Positions 1 to 8,957 of a stretch of 30,884 nt of DNA are shown here, in pieces. Position 1 is the first letter of the stretch, and every line of letters starts with the position of its first letter. The notes under the pieces were generated by a model, which saw nothing but the letters and a program-made list of their open reading frames with translations, was not told the DNA's origin and did not search any database. The stretch is taken from the IMG/VR virus record IMGVR_UViG_3300011335_000737, positions 1 to 30,884 of that record. One strand, given 5' to 3'. This stretch comes from a virus (taxonomy: Duplodnaviria; Caudoviricetes). Made by a program: the position numbers and the translations under genes.

Positions 1-175
1 GTCGGCGCGTCAATCAGCACCGATGAGTATGTGAGATCGCGACCCGAAATGTGCTGCATTCGGATCGATGGAATGTCGAGCAGCGCTGAGCCGCTGAATC
101 CTGCGGTTGCGCTAATCTGAGTCGCCAGCAGCGTCGTCGTCGGGTAGGTCGTGAACGACAGTTGCGTCGCGAACG
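1..175. repeat. Terminal direct repeat, copy 1 (circular overlap with 30710-30884)
   Basis: 1-175 matches 30710-30884 except at positions 127, 137 and 149; implies a 30,709-bp unit genome. Confidence 0.97.
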
Positions 176-527
176 CAGTACCAGCGCTCGACATTCGGTA
201 AAGATGCAAATGCTCATCGTGAACGGTGACGCTCGATGCAACATCAGATGCAATCGTGGAAGCGACCGTGAGAACGCTATTCGTACCAGTGCCGATGAAG
301 CGGACATTTGTAACGGGCGAATGCTTCAAGACAAAGCGCTCCGCGCCCCAAGTGTCTTTCCATTCTGTCTGAGCGCGGCTCAAAAACTCGCGACCGCAGT
401 AACTCTCAATCTTTGCCGACGCGCGATCGATCGACGCTTCAAGCAGTGTGTCATAGGTCGAGATCGTGATCCCGAGCCACGCCTTGAGTTTCGCGAGAGT
501 CGTAAGTGCGTAAGTATCAACCGCCAT
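1..527 (-). CDS. Head-tail adaptor/connector protein, 5' part (continues across the join into 30709..30421; 271 aa total)
   Basis: Not in the ORF track. ATG at 527 reads MAVDTYALTTLAKLKAWLGITISTYDTLLEASIDRASAKIESYCGREF..., the typical HK97 gp6/SPP1 gp15-like N-terminus; open to base 1 and in frame with 30421..30768. Confidence 0.88.
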   Translation of the reverse strand, partial: MAVDTYALTTLAKLKAWLGITISTYDTLLEASIDRASAKIESYCGREFLSRAQTEWKDTWGAERFVLKHSPVTNVRFIGTGTNSVLTVASTIASDVASSVTVHDEHLHLYRMSSAGTAFATQLSFTTYPTTTLLATQISATAGFSGSALLDIPSIRMQHISGRDLTYSSVLIDAP

Positions 528-756
528 TTTGTTCCTCGGGTATGCGCTTCGATGCTTTCATCGGCTTGCGTGGCGGGTCGGTTGAGTTTGCAAAGAGCGG
601 CGAAGCCGTAACGATGCGTTGGAGATGCCCAGACTTCACGAGCGGCGCTGCGATATCCGAGTCGATGTTGATGCGCGTCCCAACGCGAAGGTCGCGCCGC
701 CCATTGTGCGGGTCGTAGATCGAACACGGCTTCAGCACGATCAATAGGTCATGCAT
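517..756 (-). CDS. Small hypothetical protein in the head module (79 aa)
   Basis: MHDLLIVLKP...; start moved to ATG 756, overlapping both neighbours; basic low-complexity tail as often seen in the small gene before head-tail adaptors. Confidence 0.65.
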   Translation of the reverse strand: MHDLLIVLKPCSIYDPHNGRRDLRVGTRINIDSDIAAPLVKSGHLQRIVTASPLFANSTDPPRKPMKASKRIPEEQNGG

Positions 757-1871
757 GATTCTGGTCGCCCTTCCTTGTGGTAATCGCCTACATACTGATG
801 CACGCGCGAGAGATCGTCCTTCGCCCAAGTGATGACGAGTTGCAAGTGTCCGATGCGTACCTTCGGACTCAAGCAGATTCGATGTCCCGCGTCTTGGAAC
901 TTGTGCCAGAAGTAAATATCGTCGTCAACGCGACCTTCCTCCCATTGTCCGTTGGGAGACGGCACGCCAAGAAACCATGGCTTCGGAAGTTCAGCAAGCG
1001 CCGAGCATCGGATCATCGTCAAGCCGAAGTGACCGTTGCGAATGTCTACGGCATCAGCGTAGAAATCACTAGACTTCACTGTTTGCACGCGCTGGTTGTT
1101 CTTCGTCACCATGTTCACCAAGACGCTGTCGCGGTCGCGCCCGATTTGCAGTGGACAGAGCGCGCCGATATCGGGATTGTCTTCCATGATTTGCCAGAGC
1201 CGCACGACATCGCGGTCGTCGAATATCGAGTCGTAGTCAATCGTCAAGATGTACCTGTCGCCTGCGGCGACTCGCGCTTCCATCAAGCGTTGAAGGCATT
1301 GACCCCAGAACACGCCCGTCGATTTCGTGAACGGCATTTGAAGATTGCTGCAAACATTCAGCGTATGGCTAAAAGTATCTGTCCACGCGATGCGAGGGAG
1401 AGACATAATCGCATGAACGCCTTTCAGCGGAATCGTCGGCGCTGGGCGTGAGCGCTTGACCGCGCGCACCGTCACGCGATTCGGAATCTCTGTCCACGAC
1501 AGTGAATCAATGCCGCCGATGATTTCAAAGCCAGCCGCGTTCAGAAGGTCGCAGACCTTCGAGCGATTGAAGATCGCGCGATTCTGTCCCTGCTCGCCAC
1601 AAAGCATCTTCTCGGGATCGCCTTCGCCGCTTTTGTAACTCTCAACGACTTTGTCGAAGTCGGTCACTGAGAGAATCAGCGATCCTCGATCTTTGAGTTT
1701 CTCGCCAATGGCGCGAAGAGTCGCTAGCGATTCGTGATGCGGAACTAAGTCGAGCGTCCCGCGAAGGTCGATGCCGTCAACGCTTGCAGGCGCGAACGAC
1801 CCGTCCTTTAGTATGGCGCTTAGTTCCGCGAGTGTGTTTGCCGTGAGTTCGTGCGGTGTGTCAGTGTTCAT
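741..1871 (-). CDS. Fusion of a degenerate SAM-methyltransferase-like domain and a GT-A (GT2-like) glycosyltransferase (376 aa)
   Basis: ATG 1871 follows GGAGA. C-terminal half has YILTIDYD (DxD), GHFGLTMIR, LPKPWF and DDDIYFW...RIGH. N-terminal half aligns by eye with the methyltransferase at 10162-10644 but lacks its DIGAG motif. Confidence 0.8.
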   Translation of the reverse strand: MNTDTPHELTANTLAELSAILKDGSFAPASVDGIDLRGTLDLVPHHESLATLRAIGEKLKDRGSLILSVTDFDKVVESYKSGEGDPEKMLCGEQGQNRAIFNRSKVCDLLNAAGFEIIGGIDSLSWTEIPNRVTVRAVKRSRPAPTIPLKGVHAIMSLPRIAWTDTFSHTLNVCSNLQMPFTKSTGVFWGQCLQRLMEARVAAGDRYILTIDYDSIFDDRDVVRLWQIMEDNPDIGALCPLQIGRDRDSVLVNMVTKNNQRVQTVKSSDFYADAVDIRNGHFGLTMIRCSALAELPKPWFLGVPSPNGQWEEGRVDDDIYFWHKFQDAGHRICLSPKVRIGHLQLVITWAKDDLSRVHQYVGDYHKEGRPESCMTY

Positions 1872-1898
1872 ATGTTCTCCGCGCGGCATACTAACTAC

Positions 1899-1935
1899 AA
1901 AAGCAAAGGGCGCAACGCCTTTCGACGCTGCGCCC
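1899..1935 (-). terminator. Intrinsic terminator after the capsid/cement genes
   Basis: Minus strand GGGCGCAGCGTC-GAAA-GGCGTTGCGCCC (12-bp stem with two G.U pairs, GNRA loop) followed by TTTGCTTTT. Confidence 0.85.
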
Positions 1936-1956
1936 CAAGGGAGAAGAGATGGTGAC

Positions 1957-2391
1957 TTAGATTCCGAAAGCGGTGTGCGCTCCAGCATCGGTAGCGCTGC
2001 TAATTCCGTCCTGCGGGTAACTAAGATCGGCGGCGAGAGTCAGTGCAAAGTTAGTTGCACCAATACCGCAAGTGACCTTGAGATATCGCTTTCGACCGCG
2101 AAGGTCGATGTTGTACATCGTCTTCGCAACCGAAGTGAGATTGGTTGTCGTCAACGGTGTGTAGTCCGTTCCGTGAACAAGACCAGGAATAGCAGCAAAT
2201 CCCGATCCACTGGTGTCGCTTTCTTGCACTGAAGAGTTTGTCGCAGCAGTATGAATTGCCGTCGTTGCTTCAGAGAGAAGGAACACTCGGGCAAACGAAA
2301 AGCCCTTTGTGTCAAACTCTGCGGTGATTGTCGAGACTCCCGTTGTGCTTGCGGTGACCGCGCCTACAACGATTTTTGAATTACTACGCAT
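1957..2391 (-). CDS. Capsid cement/decoration protein, Bbp16-like (copy A)
   Basis: Directly after the major capsid gene; beta-rich 144 aa with DTKGF, QESD and KRYLKV, resembling BPP-1 Bbp16-type cement proteins. Confidence 0.7.
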   Translation of the reverse strand: MRSNSKIVVGAVTASTTGVSTITAEFDTKGFSFARVFLLSEATTAIHTAATNSSVQESDTSGSGFAAIPGLVHGTDYTPLTTTNLTSVAKTMYNIDLRGRKRYLKVTCGIGATNFALTLAADLSYPQDGISSATDAGAHTAFGI

Positions 2392-2411
2392 GGTGATTCC
2401 TTTCTTTCTGA

Positions 2412-3770
2412 TTAGATAGTGAACTTGACAAGCGCACCAGCAGCGGACGCGCTGCCAACATTTGCGCAGACGATGTCGAATCGCTGAGTGCCACGAACGA
2501 CGCGCTCGTCCTGCTCGAATGCATTCAACGCGGAATCGCTGAACGCGACGCTCGTTGCGCGGCGATCACCAAAGTAGCAACCTTGCGTCAAGTCACCGAT
2601 GTATCCGATGACCGCGCCATCGGAATCCGCTGGAACTGCAATCGCCTGCGAAAACTCAACAGGATATCCCGCAAACTTTGGTTGAGAAATCCCGCTTGAA
2701 AGTTCCGCAGCGGTCACGCCGCCAGCGCTGATAGCAAGACGCTCGAAGATCGAGTGATATGTTCCCTTGTTGCAGAAGATCTTGATGTTCTGCTTTTGCG
2801 ATGCCCACGCTGGAAGTTTTGCAAACGCAGCAGACACATCCGCAACCGCGACCGATGCCTTGGCTGTCACTGCGGTTGTTGAAATCTGATAGGTCGCGTC
2901 GCTCAACGCAGTCGCAAGACCGACGATGCCGCCGTAGGTTGAAGTACCCGTGCCGTTGAATCCGCAATCGTCTTCCTTGAAGGCGAACGAGTACGCGATT
3001 TCCCCTGCGATTTGGTCGCCGATGTTTGCGACTGCGTCTTCGAGCAGTTCGTTGGACACGGTCGTCAGCGCCATCAACTTCTTGGCGACGAGTTGCACCG
3101 AGTCAAAGGTCTGCGTTGATTCCGTGCCTGCTGCAATCTCCCCTACGAAGTACGCGGTGAGACCGCTTGCACGCTTCGCGATGCGAAGTGTGTCGCTACC
3201 CATCGGGAAGATGCGAGCGTTGCGACGGAACACGCCGTACTCTTCACGCAGCGAAACGAGTTCGTTTTCAAACTCATCAGGCACCAGGAAACCGCCTGTG
3301 GTGTTGACTGATTCACTGTGCGCCTTCTGGCGAAGCAGCGAGATCCCGTTGTTCGCGCAGAACTGCGCAGACTTCGTATGTCCCATTGCCGCCATGCAGA
3401 ACGAACCGAATCGGTAGGCGCTCTCTTTGTTCTTCAGGTGCTTGAGCGAGCCGTACATCTTGACTGTCGGCATCGGCGCCTGAGCGGTGACGGCGAACTT
3501 CGTTGATGCGATCTGCTCCGCAAGATTCTTGCGGACGCTCGATGCGACTTTCTCTTCGAGATCGTTGTTCATGGTTGCTTCTTCTGGTGCTTGCGCAGCC
3601 ATTGAGATCGTGACATCAAGCATCGCTGGATCAACAGCGACACCGTCCATATCGACGATCAAGTAGTTGTCGAGAATAAGAGACTTCTGGGCGAGAACGC
3701 CAGCCTCTCCCTTAAGACTTCCAGCGCGCGTGAGCGCAGACTTGAAGCCTTCGAGATTCATTGTTTTCAT
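2412..3770 (-). CDS. Major capsid protein, HK97 fold
   Basis: TTGGFLVPDEF, FDSVQLVAKKL, VSNELLED and FEQD..VVRGTQRFD motifs; follows the prohead protease. Confidence 0.95.
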   Translation of the reverse strand: MKTMNLEGFKSALTRAGSLKGEAGVLAQKSLILDNYLIVDMDGVAVDPAMLDVTISMAAQAPEEATMNNDLEEKVASSVRKNLAEQIASTKFAVTAQAPMPTVKMYGSLKHLKNKESAYRFGSFCMAAMGHTKSAQFCANNGISLLRQKAHSESVNTTGGFLVPDEFENELVSLREEYGVFRRNARIFPMGSDTLRIAKRASGLTAYFVGEIAAGTESTQTFDSVQLVAKKLMALTTVSNELLEDAVANIGDQIAGEIAYSFAFKEDDCGFNGTGTSTYGGIVGLATALSDATYQISTTAVTAKASVAVADVSAAFAKLPAWASQKQNIKIFCNKGTYHSIFERLAISAGGVTAAELSSGISQPKFAGYPVEFSQAIAVPADSDGAVIGYIGDLTQGCYFGDRRATSVAFSDSALNAFEQDERVVRGTQRFDIVCANVGSASAAGALVKFTI

Positions 3771-3851
3771 GGTAAATCCGTAGATAAAGATCTACTCGTC
3801 TTTTCTTCAAGGCTCCAGTTCAGGCGATTGCCGTGCTGCTAGCCGCAGAAA

Positions 3852-4520
3852 TCAGAGATAGATAGAACCTTTAGCACGCGCGATTTCTCGCGCGACGATT
3901 CCGTCGAGATCAATCGACCGCTTGCGCTTTGTAGAACAGTCGGTCGATGGCACGCTTACGGAAACTATGACGCGTCGCGGCGCTTCAACGCCGAAGAACT
4001 GCTTCGCTGCAACAGGCGAAACGATGCCCTTGCGTATTGCGGTGATGAGCGCGTCGGGATTTGCTTGCAGCGGCGCAAGCGATACTTCGAGCAACTTCCA
4101 TCGTGAGAAGATGCGCGTTGTTTCCTCGCCGTACTTCTTGCGGTCTACATCGGTCGCAGCGCGCACGCCGCCAGTCTCGGGTATGTACCCAACGCTCACG
4201 GCTGAAACGATTCCTTGACCGACGAGCGCGGCTGCGACTTCGGGAAAGAACTCGCCGACATACCCTTCGGGTTTTACGGCAAAGACGAAGTCGCCGACGA
4301 TGTCACGGTCACGGCGCTTGAGACCGCTCGATCGTCCGACGGGTCGCGCGTAGTCGTGATTCCAAAACAGAACAGGGTTGCGCTCGAACTCTTTCGAGTT
4401 CATGCCGCTGGGTATCAAGACTTCGCCGTCGCGGTCGAGCGTCTCGGCGCTGATGATTGCCGTGAATCCCTTTGCGGTTCCTGAGATTTCGGCGGGTAGT
4501 GCTTTGCGGATCATGTTCAT
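3852..4520 (-). CDS. HK97-family prohead protease
   Basis: DRDGEV, NPVLFWNHD, SVGY and LLEVSLAPLQANPDA motifs; ATG 4520 after GGAGAG overlaps the portal stop. Confidence 0.92.
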   Translation of the reverse strand: MNMIRKALPAEISGTAKGFTAIISAETLDRDGEVLIPSGMNSKEFERNPVLFWNHDYARPVGRSSGLKRRDRDIVGDFVFAVKPEGYVGEFFPEVAAALVGQGIVSAVSVGYIPETGGVRAATDVDRKKYGEETTRIFSRWKLLEVSLAPLQANPDALITAIRKGIVSPVAAKQFFGVEAPRRVIVSVSVPSTDCSTKRKRSIDLDGIVAREIARAKGSIYL

Positions 4521-7438
4521 AGTGTCTCTCCTTCTGGAGTTGTCCACGCATCGTCATTCGCGCCAGCCGCATCGAGACGAGCGGTGATGTCTGCGTAGTC
4601 GCTTGATATCTGAGGCTGAAGCGAGCATCGGCAATGCGGATGCAGCGGCGGAGCGCCGATGTCTTCGTAGTCAAGCACGAACTCGCCGCCGTCTGCGCCT
4701 GTGAGTACGGTTCCTTTGGTGAAGAACGAGTCTTCGAGACCGACGGCGTTCTTAGAGAACTCATCGCTCACCGCTTCGCAGAACTCGCACGGATCAGGCG
4801 CGAGAAGCCAAGTCTTTCCCTCGATGATTCCGCTCGACTTCCACGCTTCAAGTTCTCCAGCGCGCGCGGCGCGTTGCGATTCCGTGCGAGCGATCATCAA
4901 CGCGCGCTTGCGCGTCGAGCGCACTTCGTCACCCGCTTCTCCAGCCCATGCTTGCACTTGCTTCGCGATCTCTTGCACTCCGAATCCTTGCTCGACTCCC
5001 TCGCCAATGATCTTCGAGACGCGCACTTCGAGATACTGCTTCACGCCCTTCACGACTCCGCGCGACAGACGAACCGACTCGGTCTCGGTGTACGCTTGAA
5101 TCTCTGGGCGCTGCGGATTGAAGTCTGGAATCCCGACCGCAAGTTTGTTCACGGTGTCGAAGCCGACCTTGATTCCCTGCGCGAGTGATGCTTGAAGGTA
5201 CGGGCGAAGTGCGTTAAGCAGTTCGCGATCCCAACGCACTGATCGAAGCAACTTCTCGATCTTCGTGGTGAGCGCTGCGTTCGGCTCGGTCGTCGCGTTC
5301 AGTTCGTTGAGGACTGCGTTGATTTGCCGACGAAACACTTTCTCCACCGAGTCGGAAAACTTGCCCTCGTCTTCGGTGATGTCGTCGAACTCGCGCTCGG
5401 CATCTTTGCGCGAAGCCTTCGTCCACAACTCCGACGCGAACGACTTGTTGCCTGCAACGCAACCGCAGCCGCTCAAACTTTTCTGCTCTCTCTCGCGGTC
5501 AAACTCTTCGACCTTTGCGCGCGCCCACGCGAAACCTTCATCGCCGCCCCAGCCGTTCCACGCTTGCCATCCCTTCCCCTGATCGTCCCATGTTTCTCCG
5601 CTCTTGTCGATTTCGTGGCGCTCGAAGAACGAGACCATGCGACGAATGGTGTCTTTGGAAAGGTTCTCTCGGTTGATGAGATCGCGAGCGCGAGCGATGC
5701 CAACTGCGGTCATCCCGCGTTGAGACTCGGGCTTCTCAGCGCGGACATCAAGCGCGCGTTGTGCGTTGTCTGCGACGGTCTGTGGAGGTTTGGTATCGAC
5801 CGCCTTTGTCTCGATGGAAGCGAGAGAGAGAGACGGCGCGAAAGCCTTGACCGCAGGCGCAATCGCAACGCCGACGAGCGGAGCGAAGATTGCGTCAATT
5901 GACGCAGGCGCGACAATCGGAAACGCGACGCGCGCGATTTCCCTCGCAGACTCAAGCGGGAGCGCTCCTGCTTTGACTTGTTCAACCATATCGACGAGCG
6001 CTGCGACCTGCGCAGTCTCTAGCGCGACAGGCGCAGGCGCGGCGATCTCGGGAGCCGCCGTGACCGCCTGCGGCGCTTGCGCAACTGGCTTGGCATCTTG
6101 CGCAGGCACAATCATCGAAGGCGCTACGGGCGCAGGTACGCCGCCCAGCGGCTGACCGTTGACGAGCAGTGCGTCGGCGGCATCGCTGTCGATGCGTTCG
6201 TGACCTTCTTCGGTGCGCGCTTCGTTTGCCGTGCGCCAACCGCCGACGACCGCCGTGCGTCGCTCTTCAAGCGCGAGCCGCTTGTCCTCTGCGACAGGAT
6301 TGTCGTACGCAAGGAACGCGTCCTCGCCGATGCCGAACAACGGGACGAGATTCTGGTTTAGGATCTCTTCGTCCATGCGCAGCATCGGAAGAATCGTCGT
6401 CTCTTTCCACGACGCGAAGCCAACGCTCGCGCTCGCGAGATTCGGATCGTTCGCTTTCAACATTGAAACGGGAACGCCGAAGATCGCGGCGATTTCCTCA
6501 ACGACATTCTCGCGACCTGCAAGGTCTTTCGGCGGGAATGAAAGCGGCTTGAGATCGACTTCGGCTGTCGCCGTAAGGAAGCGCCCAGTGCGACGCGAGC
6601 CGCGCAACTTCTCATCGATCTGCGCTTCAAGTCGGTCGAGTTCCGCTGGCGACGCGTCGCTCTTCACCGTAAGCAGATAGTCGGGTCGCGCTTTGTTCTC
6701 GAAGAACGACAAGTCCATATCGTGCATGGCTGCGTTCATTTGCACGACTCCCCAAGCCGCTTCAACTTTGCCCAGACCGTAGTAAAGGTCGGCAGGATTT
6801 GGGCGCTTGAAGTGAATCACTTCGTCGGGCGCAAAGATCTTGCGCTGCTCGCGCGACGCGCCGTACAAATAGGCTTCAATAAACTTCTCTTTGCTGGGGA
6901 CGATCTCGACATACTGGCTCGGCATCGTCCAAAGTTGCACTGGGCGATTGAGTTTCGCATCCATCACGGGATGGATGTACGCGTTGCCCGTGAGTTCCGT
7001 ATACAGCACGCGCAGAATCGTTGCGTCGTATCCGTTCTGATACGGGTTCACCTTCGACAGCAACTCAAGCAGCGGATGCGAGTCGGTGACGACTTCGTAG
7101 TCGTCCGCGTACTCCGCGACTTTGCGCATCGTGAACACGCTCGGGCGCTGCGCACTATCGCCAGCGAGAAACGCTTTCGTCTGTCGCGAAGCCTTGCGAG
7201 TGTTCCAGAGTTTGTAGCCAGTGCTGCGGTTCTTCACGTAGAGACGCAGCGGAGTCGATGCGACCGCGACTGCGTTGAGATTTGCAGCGGCGTAAATCCA
7301 AGATCGGTACGCGTTGATCGCGTGCAACTGCGAGAACGATTGCCGCTTCGCGTCTTGACCGCCAGAGAGAAGAGAGACGGACGAACGAATCCAACGCTCG
7401 GAAGTGAAGGCGGCTTTGACGCGTGCAACTAGATTCAT
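4517..7438 (-). CDS. Portal protein fused to an unknown domain and a MuF/SPP1 gp7-like head morphogenesis domain (973 aa)
   Basis: Portal motifs ELTGNAY, EVIHFK, IAAIFGVP and TANEAR; Pro/Ala linker; C-terminal IARTE...KTW...CEFC...PPLHPHCRC typical of MuF. Confidence 0.9.
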   Translation of the reverse strand: MNLVARVKAAFTSERWIRSSVSLLSGGQDAKRQSFSQLHAINAYRSWIYAAANLNAVAVASTPLRLYVKNRSTGYKLWNTRKASRQTKAFLAGDSAQRPSVFTMRKVAEYADDYEVVTDSHPLLELLSKVNPYQNGYDATILRVLYTELTGNAYIHPVMDAKLNRPVQLWTMPSQYVEIVPSKEKFIEAYLYGASREQRKIFAPDEVIHFKRPNPADLYYGLGKVEAAWGVVQMNAAMHDMDLSFFENKARPDYLLTVKSDASPAELDRLEAQIDEKLRGSRRTGRFLTATAEVDLKPLSFPPKDLAGRENVVEEIAAIFGVPVSMLKANDPNLASASVGFASWKETTILPMLRMDEEILNQNLVPLFGIGEDAFLAYDNPVAEDKRLALEERRTAVVGGWRTANEARTEEGHERIDSDAADALLVNGQPLGGVPAPVAPSMIVPAQDAKPVAQAPQAVTAAPEIAAPAPVALETAQVAALVDMVEQVKAGALPLESAREIARVAFPIVAPASIDAIFAPLVGVAIAPAVKAFAPSLSLASIETKAVDTKPPQTVADNAQRALDVRAEKPESQRGMTAVGIARARDLINRENLSKDTIRRMVSFFERHEIDKSGETWDDQGKGWQAWNGWGGDEGFAWARAKVEEFDREREQKSLSGCGCVAGNKSFASELWTKASRKDAEREFDDITEDEGKFSDSVEKVFRRQINAVLNELNATTEPNAALTTKIEKLLRSVRWDRELLNALRPYLQASLAQGIKVGFDTVNKLAVGIPDFNPQRPEIQAYTETESVRLSRGVVKGVKQYLEVRVSKIIGEGVEQGFGVQEIAKQVQAWAGEAGDEVRSTRKRALMIARTESQRAARAGELEAWKSSGIIEGKTWLLAPDPCEFCEAVSDEFSKNAVGLEDSFFTKGTVLTGADGGEFVLDYEDIGAPPLHPHCRCSLQPQISSDYADITARLDAAGANDDAWTTPEGETL

Positions 7439-7440
7439 GT

Positions 7441-8622
7441 TCAGATGACTCGCATGAGTAAGGGTCTCCGTGATCTTCGCGCGAGAACCGCGAGAGCAAG
7501 CGCGCACACTCCGTCGTCGTGTCCGACCGTCGCTTCATACGCGACCGCGCCTCTTCCTCCATATCGGAATCCGAACGACTCTAGTTCAGCGCGAAGCCAT
7601 CCGTCAGGGAAGCGGATCTCGCGCGTTTGGATCGCAATCTGAAGACCTTCCATGAGTTGCTGCTTGCTTGGCTGCGTGAACTTGAAGCCTTCAGCCTTGC
7701 GACAAACTTTCTTGATGTCCTCGACAATTGGATCGCCAACGCCTGTCGAATCTATCTGCGCTGGCTTGTCGCCGATCATCTTTGCGAGCCGCTCGCGTGT
7801 GACCGTCCACGGCGCTTGCCATCGTTCAGCGCGACATACGCGCCCTTCGGCATCGAGCGCGATCGCGACCGACCAATCGACGGACTTCGCGAGATCCACG
7901 CCCCAGCACTCTGGATCGGCTGCGGAAATCGGCGCGATGCATTCGCGAATTGCATCGATGCCGAACGGGTTTCCGCCGTCTTCAGCGGGTATCCCTTCCA
8001 TCTCCTGCTTGAACACCGCGTCGGGCAACATCTTGCGCGCCATCTCTATCTCGTCTGCGCTCATCAGCGGATTCGACGCGCTACCCAAACGAAACGCGCG
8101 CCAGTTTCCCGAGTCGTCCGTCTCCGCTTGCAGGTAGAGCCGATGGAAATCGCCGCAGCCTTTCGGGGTTCCAAGAAACAGCGCGCGTCCGCGACGGTCT
8201 GCAAGCGTCGGGTAGATCGAAGCACGCCACGCGTTAAGCAGGTCGGGCGCGAAGCCTGCTTCGTCGATGATCACCAGGTCGTACGACCGACCGCGTCCGC
8301 TGTCTGCATCTTCCAGCGTCCAGAAGTCGATCGTGCCGCCCGTCTTAAACTCCATGCGCTTCTCGACGCGATCAATGCGAGTCGCGATCGGTTTCAACGC
8401 GCGCTCGAAATCTCGCATCGGTTCTGCGAGAAACTTGTAGGTCGGCGCGAACCATCCGACGCACTGCTTCGCGATGATCGCGTCGATGCTGAGTTGCTGC
8501 GCGAAGGTCGTCTTTCCCCAGCGTCGCCCGATTTCAAGCACGCTGAAGCGCGCGAGACTAGAGAGTACTTCGAGTTGCGAAGCGTGAAGCACCGACTCAA
8601 TCGACGGTAGACGGATCTTCAA
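7441..8622 (-). CDS. terL: Terminase large subunit
   Basis: Walker A GRRWGKTT, Walker B LVIIDEA, FLGTP, nuclease GVDLA and HDDGVCALA; probable TTG start at 8622 overlapping the terS stop. Confidence 0.93.
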   Translation of the reverse strand: MKIRLPSIESVLHASQLEVLSSLARFSVLEIGRRWGKTTFAQQLSIDAIIAKQCVGWFAPTYKFLAEPMRDFERALKPIATRIDRVEKRMEFKTGGTIDFWTLEDADSGRGRSYDLVIIDEAGFAPDLLNAWRASIYPTLADRRGRALFLGTPKGCGDFHRLYLQAETDDSGNWRAFRLGSASNPLMSADEIEMARKMLPDAVFKQEMEGIPAEDGGNPFGIDAIRECIAPISAADPECWGVDLAKSVDWSVAIALDAEGRVCRAERWQAPWTVTRERLAKMIGDKPAQIDSTGVGDPIVEDIKKVCRKAEGFKFTQPSKQQLMEGLQIAIQTREIRFPDGWLRAELESFGFRYGGRGAVAYEATVGHDDGVCALALAVLARRSRRPLLMRVI

Positions 8623-8954
8623 TTGAGCAAGCGCGGCAAGATGCGCTCGATCTCGACGATCTCGTCGCGGTGCGTCTCCTCGATGCGATCCTTCTGTCCG
8701 AGGATTTGTTTTCCAAGCCAAATCATCATGGTCACATTGCCTTCCTTCGCCTTCGTCCATTGCAAGCGTCGCAGGCTCACGCGCATCCGCGCAGCGCCCG
8801 AGCGAAACGCTTCGCGCATATCTGCGCGCTGTTGGAACTGGCGAGCCGAGCAACCAACCAGCACGCCGATTTCGTCCTGCGTGCAACCGATCGCGGCTGC
8901 GGCTTCGACTTGCTTGAGGTCGTAGACTTTTTTGATGCGTCCGAGTTGCGCCAT
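8619..8954 (-). CDS. terS: Terminase small subunit
   Basis: HTH-like GCTQDEIGVLVGCS and AKEGNVTMMIWLGKQILGQKD; immediately upstream of terL. Confidence 0.8.
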   Translation of the reverse strand: MAQLGRIKKVYDLKQVEAAAAIGCTQDEIGVLVGCSARQFQQRADMREAFRSGAARMRVSLRRLQWTKAKEGNVTMMIWLGKQILGQKDRIEETHRDEIVEIERILPRLLN

Positions 8955-8957
8955 GCA

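Noticed and set aside
1887-1914. TTGCGC-N16-TAGTAT promoter overlapping the capsid terminator
   Set aside because: Plausible but spacing differs from the other candidates and there is no independent support.
3842-3851. GCCGCAGAAA upstream of the capsid gene as another start hairpin
   Set aside because: Opposite orientation and the 5' stem arm is missing.
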